Source: Myxococcales bacterium (GTDB lineage Bacteria > Myxococcota_A > Bradymonadia > REDH01). From it: a stretch of 64,000 nt of DNA. The DNA is taken from positions 531-64,530 of the forward strand of contig JACKDJ010000023.1 in assembly GCA_020633625.1 (NCBI GenBank), in the 5' to 3' direction. Position 1 is the stretch's first letter. Every line of letters starts with the position of its first letter. The notes under the pieces were generated by a model. The model saw only the letters and a program-made list of their open reading frames with translations, had not been told where the DNA came from and made no database searches. Shown here piece by piece: positions 30,507 through 41,030 of the stretch. A program made the translations under genes and the position numbers.

Positions 30507-31426
30507 GGGGTCGGCCGGCGCGGCGCTCGCCGTGTCGTGGACCCCGCGGCGCCCGCAGGCTATCCTCGCGCGCCGACTCGCCTCTCACCGGAACCTCCGT
30601 GACCTCATCCAGCCACTCCGCACCGATGAACGGGATGCTCATCGTCATCGGGGCGATGAAGTGCGGGACGTCGACGCTCCACCAGCATCTGCGGCTGCAC
30701 CCTCAGATCTCGATGTCACGGGTCAAGGAGCTCGACTTCTTCGTCTCCGAGCGAACATGGCCGAAGGGGGTCGAGTGGTACCGGTCTCGCTTCGATGCTC
30801 GGGCAGCTGTCCGCGGGGAGTCGTCGCCGAACTACACGAAGTGGCCGAAGTTCGACGGCGTGCCGGCGCGAATGCACTCCGTCGCGCCCGACGCGAAGCT
30901 CGTGTACCTGATGCGCGACCCCATCGACCGCATCGTCTCGCACTATCGCCACAACGTCTCGCACGGTCGTGAGACCCGTCCGGTCGACGTCGCGCTCACG
31001 GAGCCCGGTCCAAACAACTACGTGACGTCGAGCTCGTACTGGCTGCAGATCTCGAAGTTTCTGGAGTTCTACGCCCCCGAACAGCTGCGGCTCTTCGAGC
31101 TGCGCGAGCTGAACTCCGAGCCGCGTCGCGTCGTGCGCGAGCTGTGCGAGTGGGTCGGCGTCGACGCGGCGTTCGATCACGCGGGGCTCGACCGGATCCA
31201 CCACTCGTCGAGCGACAAGGGCCGCCCGACCGAGCTGGGACGACGCATACAGGAGTACCCGGGCGGCCGCGCCGTCAGGACCGTGTTGTCGCGCTGGCTC
31301 GAGGAGCCGCTGCCCAAGCCGGTCCTCGCGCTCGAGACGCGAGAGTACCTGCGCGAGCAGCTCGCTCCCGACGTCGCCGCGCTGCGCGAGTTCTGGGGCC
31401 GCGACCTCGCGGACTGGAGCGTCTGA
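30503..31426 (+). CDS. Sulfotransferase-family protein
   Basis: ORF 30503..31426; GTG 30503 overlaps the upstream stop (GTGA), with an alternative ATG at 30626. It has a PAPS 5'-phosphosulfate-binding loop (VIGAMKCGTSTL) and a downstream RDPIDRIVSHY (3'-PB-like). Confidence 0.75.
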   Translation: MRGRPARRSPCRGPRGARRLSSRADSPLTGTSVTSSSHSAPMNGMLIVIGAMKCGTSTLHQHLRLHPQISMSRVKELDFFVSERTWPKGVEWYRSRFDARAAVRGESSPNYTKWPKFDGVPARMHSVAPDAKLVYLMRDPIDRIVSHYRHNVSHGRETRPVDVALTEPGPNNYVTSSSYWLQISKFLEFYAPEQLRLFELRELNSEPRRVVRELCEWVGVDAAFDHAGLDRIHHSSSDKGRPTELGRRIQEYPGGRAVRTVLSRWLEEPLPKPVLALETREYLREQLAPDVAALREFWGRDLADWSV

Positions 31427-31441
31427 GCTCGCTGCCGTAGG

Positions 31442-32863
31442 TCAGCGCTTGCCCAGGCGACGAAGGACCGACTGGGCGGCGTGCCAACCACACATCCCGT
31501 GCACGCCGCCGCCCGGAGGCGTCGAGGCCGACGCGATGAACAGCCGCGGGTTCGGCGTCGAGTACGGGTCGAGCCGCGCGACGGGTCGCGTAAAGAGCTG
31601 GGTGGCGTCGGCCGCGCCGCCCGTGATCGCCCCGCCCACGTAGTTCGGGTTGTGTCGCTCGAAGTCTGCCGGTGACCACACGTGGCGGGCCAGCACACGA
31701 TCGCGAAAGCCCGGCGCGAAGCGCTCGATCTGCGCTTCGATCGCGTCGGTCATGTCCACGGTGCAGCCGCTCGGCACGTGACAGTAGGCGTAGCCGGTAT
31801 GTTTGGACTCAGGCGCGCGCGACGGGTCGAAGTGGGACTGCTGGCAGACGATCAGGTAAGGCCGCTCGGCGACGCGCCCGCGCCACGGCGCCCGCTCCGC
31901 GTCTGCGATCTCCTCGAGCGTTCCGCCGACGTGGATCGTCGACGCGCGAGCGCAGTCCGCCGCCGCCCAGGGGATCGGGCCGTCGAGCGCGTAGTCGACC
32001 TTGAACGTCCCCGGGCCATACCGGTAGCGGCGAAGGCGCCGCCGATACGAGTCGGGCAGGGCGTCGCCGGCGATGTCGGCCATCGGACCGGGCGACGTGT
32101 CGAAGATCACCGCCCGCGACGGCGGCAGTTCGGCGAGCGAGCGCACCGGTGAGCCGAGCTGCACGCGGCCGCGCAGCGACTCGAACAGCGCGACGAGGGC
32201 CCGGGCGATGGACTGCGAGCCGCCGACCGCCACCGGCCACGCGGAGAGGTGCGCAGTGACCGCGAAGATCAGGCCGACCGCGCCCGAGAGGGGCGCTTCG
32301 AGCGGCAGGATCGAGTGGCCGGCGAGGCCGGCGAGCAGCGCACGCGCCTCTGGCGTCGAGAACGCAGCACGCGCGAGCAGGCTCGCGGGAAGGCCGCCCG
32401 CCAGGCCAAACCGCGCCATCGTCACGGGATGTCCCGGGATCTTCCCAAGCGGCGCCATCAGGTCTGCGAGGAGCTCTGGGCCAGCATCGACGAAGGGGGA
32501 CACGAGGCGTCGGTAGGCGCCGGCGTCGCGGCCGAGCCGTTCGGCCGTCTCGTCGACCGACAGCGACAGCGTCGCCGCGCGACCTCCGTCGAGTGGGTGA
32601 GCGACCGACAGCTGCGGGAAGGCCCACTCTAGCCCGTGCTCCGCGAGCGGCAGCGTGCGCCAGAACGGAGAGAGGACGCCCATCGGGTGCACGGCCGAAC
32701 ACAGGTCGTGCAGGTAGCCCTCGAGGGTGAGGGGACCGCTTCGCGTGCCGCCGCCGGCGACGGAGTCCGCCTCGAAGACGACGACCTCGAGCCCCTGCTG
32801 CGCGAGCGCGATCGCGGCCGACAGGCCGTTTGGCCCGGAGCCGACGACGACGACGTCGATCAC
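31442..32863 (-). CDS. FAD/NAD(P)-dependent oxidoreductase, phytoene desaturase (CrtI)-like family
   Basis: In-frame part of ORF 31442..32941; the GTG at 32863 overlaps the xth stop (GTGA). It has a dinucleotide-binding motif (VIDVVVVGSGPNGLSAA). Confidence 0.7.
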   Translation of the reverse strand: MIDVVVVGSGPNGLSAAIALAQQGLEVVVFEADSVAGGGTRSGPLTLEGYLHDLCSAVHPMGVLSPFWRTLPLAEHGLEWAFPQLSVAHPLDGGRAATLSLSVDETAERLGRDAGAYRRLVSPFVDAGPELLADLMAPLGKIPGHPVTMARFGLAGGLPASLLARAAFSTPEARALLAGLAGHSILPLEAPLSGAVGLIFAVTAHLSAWPVAVGGSQSIARALVALFESLRGRVQLGSPVRSLAELPPSRAVIFDTSPGPMADIAGDALPDSYRRRLRRYRYGPGTFKVDYALDGPIPWAAADCARASTIHVGGTLEEIADAERAPWRGRVAERPYLIVCQQSHFDPSRAPESKHTGYAYCHVPSGCTVDMTDAIEAQIERFAPGFRDRVLARHVWSPADFERHNPNYVGGAITGGAADATQLFTRPVARLDPYSTPNPRLFIASASTPPGGGVHGMCGWHAAQSVLRRLGKR

Positions 32864-33651
32864 GGCGTGTGTGGCGCGTCGAGGTCGACGAAGACCGGGG
32901 CGTGGTCGGACGGGGTCTGGTCGCCCTGCTTCTTGCGCCAAGTCCGCTGCGGCGCCGCCGCGACCACGCGCTCGGCCGCAGCTGCGCTGGCCAGGATGTG
33001 GTCGATGCGCATCCCCTGATTGAAGCGGAACGCCATCCCCCGGTAGTCCCAGAACGTAAACCGCTCCTTCGGGTCATCGGGAAGGCGCGGCTCCACGACG
33101 TCGACGAGGCCCGCCTCGATGAGGGCGCCCCACCGCTCGTGCTCGAGCGGGTGAAAGCTCGGCACGTCGACGAGCGCCGCGGGGTCCCACACGTCGGCGG
33201 CCGCAGGGGCGACGTTCAAGTCGCCGACGACGAGTGTGGGCTGGGCGAGGTCGAGGCCTCGAACGTACTCGATCAGCGCGTCGTAGAAGCGGAGCTTGTA
33301 TGGAAACTTCGGGGAGTCTGCCGCCCCACCTTGCGGGCAGTACAGGTTGACGATGCGGACGCCGTCGACCGTGGCGGCGATCAGGCGCGACTGGCCTTCG
33401 TCTGCAGCGGGGAGGCCGCGCTCGACGTCGGCGAGACCCCTCAGCGAGGCGATCATGACGCCGTTCCACTGCGGCTGCCCGAAGATCGCTACCTCGTACC
33501 CGCGCGCCTCGAACAGCTCACGCGGGACGGCGTCCGTGTCGAGCTTGAGCTCCTGGATGCAGAGCACATCCGGGCGCTCCGCGTCGAGGTAGCGCTCGAC
33601 GAGGGCGCCTCGGGCGTTGAGCGAGTTGACGTTCCAGGTGACGACGCGCAT
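32860..33651 (-). CDS. xth: Exodeoxyribonuclease III
   Basis: In-frame part of ORF 32860..33897, starting at the ATG at 33651 (MRVVTWNVNSLNARGALVERYL...DVLCIQELK). It has C-terminal SDHAPVFVDL. Confidence 0.85.
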   Translation of the reverse strand: MRVVTWNVNSLNARGALVERYLDAERPDVLCIQELKLDTDAVPRELFEARGYEVAIFGQPQWNGVMIASLRGLADVERGLPAADEGQSRLIAATVDGVRIVNLYCPQGGAADSPKFPYKLRFYDALIEYVRGLDLAQPTLVVGDLNVAPAAADVWDPAALVDVPSFHPLEHERWGALIEAGLVDVVEPRLPDDPKERFTFWDYRGMAFRFNQGMRIDHILASAAAAERVVAAAPQRTWRKKQGDQTPSDHAPVFVDLDAPHTP

Positions 33652-33659
33652 CGCCGCGC

Positions 33660-36362
<2,703 letters not shown>

Positions 36363-36449
36363 GTCACACCGGTGGGGTCGGGGTTCGTGCGTGGCGTATA
36401 GGCGCACGGGGCCCCCCGGGCAAGCGCGAGGCGGGCCTCGCCGGCGCCG

Positions 36450-37865
36450 CTACTCGGCCCCCGCGCTCGACTGCAGTCGCTCCAGCGCCGCCCGGGCAGC
36501 GCGGCCGACGTCGCCGTGGTCGGCCGCTGCGACCGACAGCTCGCGGTAGGCGTCGGCCGCTCGGCCGTCTGCCGAGTACCACCCGCCAAGCAGCAGGTGC
36601 AGCTCGGCCGCGCGTGGGTGTGCGGGGGACCGCGCGAGGAGGGCGCCCGCGTCGGCAGCCGCCGCCTGCGTCCTCCCGCCGCGAGCGAGCGACACCACCC
36701 GCCAGAACGCGGCGTCGTCAGACAGGGCGGCGCCGCGCCGGCTGGCGCCGCCGAACCAATCGGCCGCCGTCGCGAAGTCCCCGCTCTGCAGCGCAGCCCA
36801 TCCCGCGCGGAACTCGCGCTCCGCCTCGGGCTCGGCCTCGCGCCGCGTCCCCGCCGTCGCCGCCTCCACGCTGCGAGCTGGCTCAGGCGGTGGCGCGCCC
36901 GCTCCCCCGGGTGCTGCAGCTTCGCGTACCGGGCGGGGAGCCGCCACCGCCTGCGAGCGGGGAGCCGCCGTCGCTCGCGCCGCCGCGGACCCGCGCCCAG
37001 GGGAAGGGCGCGCCGCTGCGGCGACGTGGTCCGCCTCCCGAGCCGCCGTCAATGCCGCCGGCGCGTTGGTTGCCGTGACGGGCGCGCCGGCGGCGGGCGC
37101 TGCCTCGGGGAGCTGGACCGCAATATCCGCGCCGTCGCCGCGCGCGTCGGGAGTCGCCGCCGCGGGCGCACCAGCGTTGGCAACGATCGGTGCCGCGGTG
37201 CCGGGGCGCGTGAGTCGATCTCCCGCTTCAAAGGTCTGAGTCACCCCGGCCTCTCGAAGCTCGACGCGCCCGTGGAACACCCGAAGCTCGCGCAGTGTGT
37301 CCCGATCGGCGCGCACCTCGAACGCGGTTCCGACGACCTCGATTTCGCTCTCGCCCACGATCACGCGGAGTCGCTCATCCGAGTCGAGGGGCGAGACGTC
37401 GACGAGCACACGACCTTGCGTTACCCGTATGACCTCGTCGTGGGTGTCGCCGAAGTGTGCAAACGCCGCTGCGTCGAGCGCGGTGACGGTCGCGTGCTGG
37501 GCCGGGCCGCCCCCACGCAAGGCGAGCGTGGCCGCGAGAGCGGCGCCCGACAGCAACAGCAGCGCCGCCGCAGCGCCCACGACGGGCAGCGCGCGCGGGC
37601 GCGGGCGAGGTCCGCGCGCCGGCATCGAGGCCCCCGCGGCCGCGAGCAGCGCCGCTCGCGCTTGCGCGTGGTCCGGCGCGTCGCGCACGGGTGCGTCGAG
37701 GACTGCGCCGAGCTCGGCGGCGTCGTCTGCGAGCTGCTGCAGCGCTTCCCACCGGCTCGCGCAGCGCGGGCACGCGTCGAGGTGTTCTCGCACGGTCTCG
37801 CCGGGGTCCGCGGCGTCGAACGCACGCTCCAGCTCGATGGGCGAAGGACAGCCGTTCGTGCTCAT
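36450..37865 (-). CDS. Anti-sigma factor (zf-HC2, TM, FecR-like domain, TPR-like C-terminus)
   Basis: In-frame part of ORF 36450..38033; the ATG at 37865 overlaps the sigma-factor stop (ATGA). It has an HxxxCxxC motif (EHLDACPRC), a TM helix (LPVVGAAAALLLLSGAALAATLAL), and a FecR-like segment (VTQGRVLVDV...EIEVVGTAFEV). Confidence 0.75.
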   Translation of the reverse strand: MSTNGCPSPIELERAFDAADPGETVREHLDACPRCASRWEALQQLADDAAELGAVLDAPVRDAPDHAQARAALLAAAGASMPARGPRPRPRALPVVGAAAALLLLSGAALAATLALRGGGPAQHATVTALDAAAFAHFGDTHDEVIRVTQGRVLVDVSPLDSDERLRVIVGESEIEVVGTAFEVRADRDTLRELRVFHGRVELREAGVTQTFEAGDRLTRPGTAAPIVANAGAPAAATPDARGDGADIAVQLPEAAPAAGAPVTATNAPAALTAAREADHVAAAARPSPGRGSAAARATAAPRSQAVAAPRPVREAAAPGGAGAPPPEPARSVEAATAGTRREAEPEAEREFRAGWAALQSGDFATAADWFGGASRRGAALSDDAAFWRVVSLARGGRTQAAAADAGALLARSPAHPRAAELHLLLGGWYSADGRAADAYRELSVAAADHGDVGRAARAALERLQSSAGAE

Positions 37866-38356
37866 GCGTCGACTCCCCGCAGCTCGAGCAGCTTCGCGCG
37901 TGCGTCGTGGAGGCGTCGGTGAACGGTGCCGACCGGGACGTCGAGCGCTTCGGCCACGGCGGTGGCCGGGAGGTGCTCGAGCTGTGAGAGCACGAAGACC
38001 TCGCGGAGCGGCTCGGAGAGCCTGCGCAGGCATGCGTCTAGCTGGCGCAGCTCACTGCGACACTCGAGCGCCTGGCGAGGGTCCTCGTCGGTAGGCCGCG
38101 CCCACCCGAACGCCCCAGCCAGCCGCGAACGGCGAGCACGCGCGCGTCGCTCGTTCCTCACCACGTTCACCGCGACTCCGATCAGCCACGCTCGGGCGCT
38201 CCGGCTGCCATCGAAGTGGGGGGCGGCTGTGAACGCTGCCAGGAACGCCCGCTGCACCAGGTCGTCGACGTCGGCATCGGTCGGGCCGAGCAGCTTCGCG
38301 ACGACGCGGGTCAGGTCGCGGGCGTAGAGGTCGAACAGCTCGCCGAGCGCGGTCAT
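37862..38356 (-). CDS. ECF-type RNA polymerase sigma-70 factor
   Basis: In-frame part of ORF 37862..38734, starting at the ATG at 38356 (an alternative lies 24 nt upstream). Region 2 is DDLVQRAFLAAF...WLIGVAVNVVRNERR and region 4 is LPATAVAEALDVPVGTVHRRLHDARAKL. Confidence 0.8.
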   Translation of the reverse strand: MTALGELFDLYARDLTRVVAKLLGPTDADVDDLVQRAFLAAFTAAPHFDGSRSARAWLIGVAVNVVRNERRARARRSRLAGAFGWARPTDEDPRQALECRSELRQLDACLRRLSEPLREVFVLSQLEHLPATAVAEALDVPVGTVHRRLHDARAKLLELRGVDA

Positions 38357-38475
38357 GTCTCCACGAGCGCAACGTCGAAGGCCGTCCGAAGCCCGCGCCT
38401 CGGCGTCGCGCCGCTCGTCGGCGCGCGTCCGCGCCGCGTCGAGCGACACCAGCTCGCCGGATCGCGCCCGCGCGC

Positions 38476-39495
38476 TCACTGGGCGCTCCAGTCGACGCCG
38501 AGGCCGACAGACGCGCGCCACGTGGGCGGCGCGGCCAGCGTGACGGTCTCGGCCTCGCGCGATCGCGAGCCGGCGGTGGGGTCGAAGACGAGCCGAGCTG
38601 TGACCATCGCGTGGACCCGCCGCGGGCCGGCGCCACGCAGCCAGAGCGCGGCGCCGACGCGCGGCCCCACCGCGTCGAGAGTGTTCTCCGGTATGCTGCG
38701 CGCGCTCGCATCGTCTGGACGCGTTCGGGCCCATCCGATCCCAGCCTCAATGGCCGGCGTCACGAAGACGGCGCCGGCGCGGAGAGTCGGGCCCCAGCCC
38801 AGCGCCGCAGACAGGTCGTAGCGCGCCGACACGTCCTGGTCCGCGTCGTGCGCGCCCTCGATGTCTGTCGCGGCCTCGAGCCTCACGCGGACCGCCCCGC
38901 GCCCCAGCCCCACCGTCGCGCCCCCTCCGGCGTCGAACCAGCCCTCGGCCGCTCGGTCGACGCCGACGCCGGCGTCGACGAACAGCGACACCGGGCGCGC
39001 GCCGCGGTCTCGCCGTCGAGTCTCGGTCGACGGCTCAGACTCGGCAGACGGCATCGTCGTGCTCGCTCCCGGACTCTGCCCATCGTCGTGGTCGGGAGCG
39101 GGTGGGATGTCGCCGTCGACGAGCACGAACAGATCGAGCGCCGGGCTCTGCTGAGTCCAGCTCTGGATCCACGCCGCCGCGGCGTCGACGCTGACGAGCT
39201 CGCGCGTCTCCGTGCGGCCGTCGCCGCGCGTGGCGACGACGCGGAGCGGGGAGCCCCCGGTCACTGCGACGCGTGGGCAGTCGTCGCCGGGCGCGACCCG
39301 AACCCCGAGGGCGGCGAGGCTCGCTGTCAGCGCAGACATCGACTCGGGGTCGCCGCCGAGCGAGATCGCACCGTCGCAGTCGGTGCGGACCAGCTGCGCA
39401 CGCGCGCTGCCCGGCGCGCCGACCAGCAGCGCGGCCGCGAGGGTGGCGGCTGCCCGGCGCTGGGACTCGGTGCGACTGTGTCGGATCGGCGACAT
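38476..39495 (-). CDS. Exported hypothetical protein (possible outer-membrane beta-barrel C-terminal half)
   Basis: In-frame part of ORF 38476..39792, starting at the ATG at 39495. The signal peptide is MSPIRHSRTESQRRAAATLAAALLVGAPGSARAQ. The C-terminal half has alternating hydrophobic patterns. Confidence 0.5.
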   Translation of the reverse strand: MSPIRHSRTESQRRAAATLAAALLVGAPGSARAQLVRTDCDGAISLGGDPESMSALTASLAALGVRVAPGDDCPRVAVTGGSPLRVVATRGDGRTETRELVSVDAAAAWIQSWTQQSPALDLFVLVDGDIPPAPDHDDGQSPGASTTMPSAESEPSTETRRRDRGARPVSLFVDAGVGVDRAAEGWFDAGGGATVGLGRGAVRVRLEAATDIEGAHDADQDVSARYDLSAALGWGPTLRAGAVFVTPAIEAGIGWARTRPDDASARSIPENTLDAVGPRVGAALWLRGAGPRRVHAMVTARLVFDPTAGSRSREAETVTLAAPPTWRASVGLGVDWSAQ

Positions 39496-39671
39496 GACCT
39501 GATTGTCCGGCTCTCGCAGACTCCTTCGGACTCGGTCTCGAGCCCACCACGATAGCCCGAGCTCGGCTGGAACCGAAGGATCCGGTCGGTGGCGGGCAAT
39601 GTGTGTAGACGCGTCCAAACCCACCATCCGCTGCCCGCGCAGCAAAGAACCCTCACGCAAAGGCGATCGAG

Positions 39672-40427
39672 ATGAACGATATCGTGCAGTTCCCGTTCTA
39701 CGCTCAGCTCCTTGTTGCCGCCGCCCTCGGCGGTGTCTGCGCCTGTGGCGACGCCGCCGCCAACGACGATGTAGCGCTGTGCTACGACACAAACGTGTCG
39801 GTCTCGCTGTGCGACCCGGCCACCGCGTCGTTCACCCTCGCGTCGACCAACCAATACTACCCGCTCATCCCCGGCCTGCGCGTCGTGCTCGAGGGGATCG
39901 ACCACGAAACCGGCGACACCGAGCGCGTCGTGCGTACCGTCCTCGCCGAGACGCGGACCGTGGCCGGCGTCGAGGTCCACGTTCTGCGCCACGAGACGTA
40001 CACGAACGGAGAGCTCGAGGAGCTCGCGACAAACTTCTACGTCGAGGCGACGGATGGCACCGTTTGCTACTTCGGCGAAGACGTCGAGTGGTACGAGGGC
40101 GGACAGCAGGTCGACACCGCGGGCTCGTGGCGCGCCGGCGTCGACGGCGCGGCGCCGGGCGTGATCATGCCGGCGGCACCTTCTGCCGACAACCGCTACC
40201 TCCAGGAGAACGCCCCGGGGATCGCGCTCGACATGGGGCGCGTCGATCTCATCAACGGGACGATGACCGTGAACGGCGTCGTCTACGAAGACGTCGTCAC
40301 GATCTACGACATCAATCCGTTCGAGGGCTGTGTCGAGCCTGAACAGAAGCGCTACATCGCCGGGATCGGCGAGGTGCAAGACGTAGACGCGGTCCTCGTC
40401 GAATTCGAGTTGCCCAGCGGGAGCTGA
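39672..40427 (+). CDS. Hypothetical lipoprotein
   Basis: ORF 39672..40427. The N-terminus is MNDIVQFPFYAQLLVAAALGGVCACGD (signal peptide plus Cys). I recognised no domain. Confidence 0.5.
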   Translation: MNDIVQFPFYAQLLVAAALGGVCACGDAAANDDVALCYDTNVSVSLCDPATASFTLASTNQYYPLIPGLRVVLEGIDHETGDTERVVRTVLAETRTVAGVEVHVLRHETYTNGELEELATNFYVEATDGTVCYFGEDVEWYEGGQQVDTAGSWRAGVDGAAPGVIMPAAPSADNRYLQENAPGIALDMGRVDLINGTMTVNGVVYEDVVTIYDINPFEGCVEPEQKRYIAGIGEVQDVDAVLVEFELPSGS

Positions 40428-40465
40428 GGCGGGGCGCCGGCGCTGATCGCGTCTACCCCGCGATC

Positions 40466-41020
40466 TCACCCCGACAGGTCACGCCGCACGCGCGCGTACG
40501 CCTCGACGTCGACGACGTCGCCGGTCGAGAGGCGCGCGTAGCTGCGCAGCACCCCCTCGTACCGCATCCCCGCCTTCTGCATCACGCGCGCCGAGCCCGG
40601 GTTCGACAGCGCACAGTAGGCCCAAACACGGTGCACGTCGTCGCACTCGAACATCGCGTCGATGACCACCGCCGCGGCCTCGGACATGATGCCCTGACCC
40701 CACAGGCGGCGCGCGAGCACGTAGCCGAGGGTGACCATGGGCGGCGCGAAGATGGCACCGATCATCCCAACCACGAGTGGGTCGTCGCCCAGGCGGATCG
40801 ACCACGTGAACTCCCGCCGGGCGGTCCAGGCGTCGGCGGCGTACGCGAGGAACTCGTGCGTGTCTGCGACGCTGCGGTGCGTCGACCAGAGCAGCGTCTT
40901 CGTCACCTCGGGGTCAGACGCGTACTCGCGAAAGATGTCTGGTGCGTCGGCCGCCCGCGGACGGCGCAGCGAGAGCCGCGGAGTGCTGAGCTGCTCGGGG
41001 GGCGAGAACGACGAAGTCAT
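40466..41020 (-). CDS. GNAT-family N-acetyltransferase (RimJ/RimL-like)
   Basis: In-frame part of ORF 40466..41098, starting at the ATG at 41020 (MTSSFSPPEQLSTPRLSLRRPRAADAPDI). It has the acetyl-CoA motif region RRLWGQGIMSEAA. Confidence 0.75.
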   Translation of the reverse strand: MTSSFSPPEQLSTPRLSLRRPRAADAPDIFREYASDPEVTKTLLWSTHRSVADTHEFLAYAADAWTARREFTWSIRLGDDPLVVGMIGAIFAPPMVTLGYVLARRLWGQGIMSEAAAVVIDAMFECDDVHRVWAYCALSNPGSARVMQKAGMRYEGVLRSYARLSTGDVVDVEAYARVRRDLSG

Positions 41021-41030
41021 CGCGCCTCGC

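Noticed and set aside
39496-39671. ECF-type promoter (GGAAC at about 39569) in the divergent region next to the sigma-factor cluster
   Set aside because: No properly spaced CGTC-like -10 element follows the GGAAC, so this is a pattern match only.
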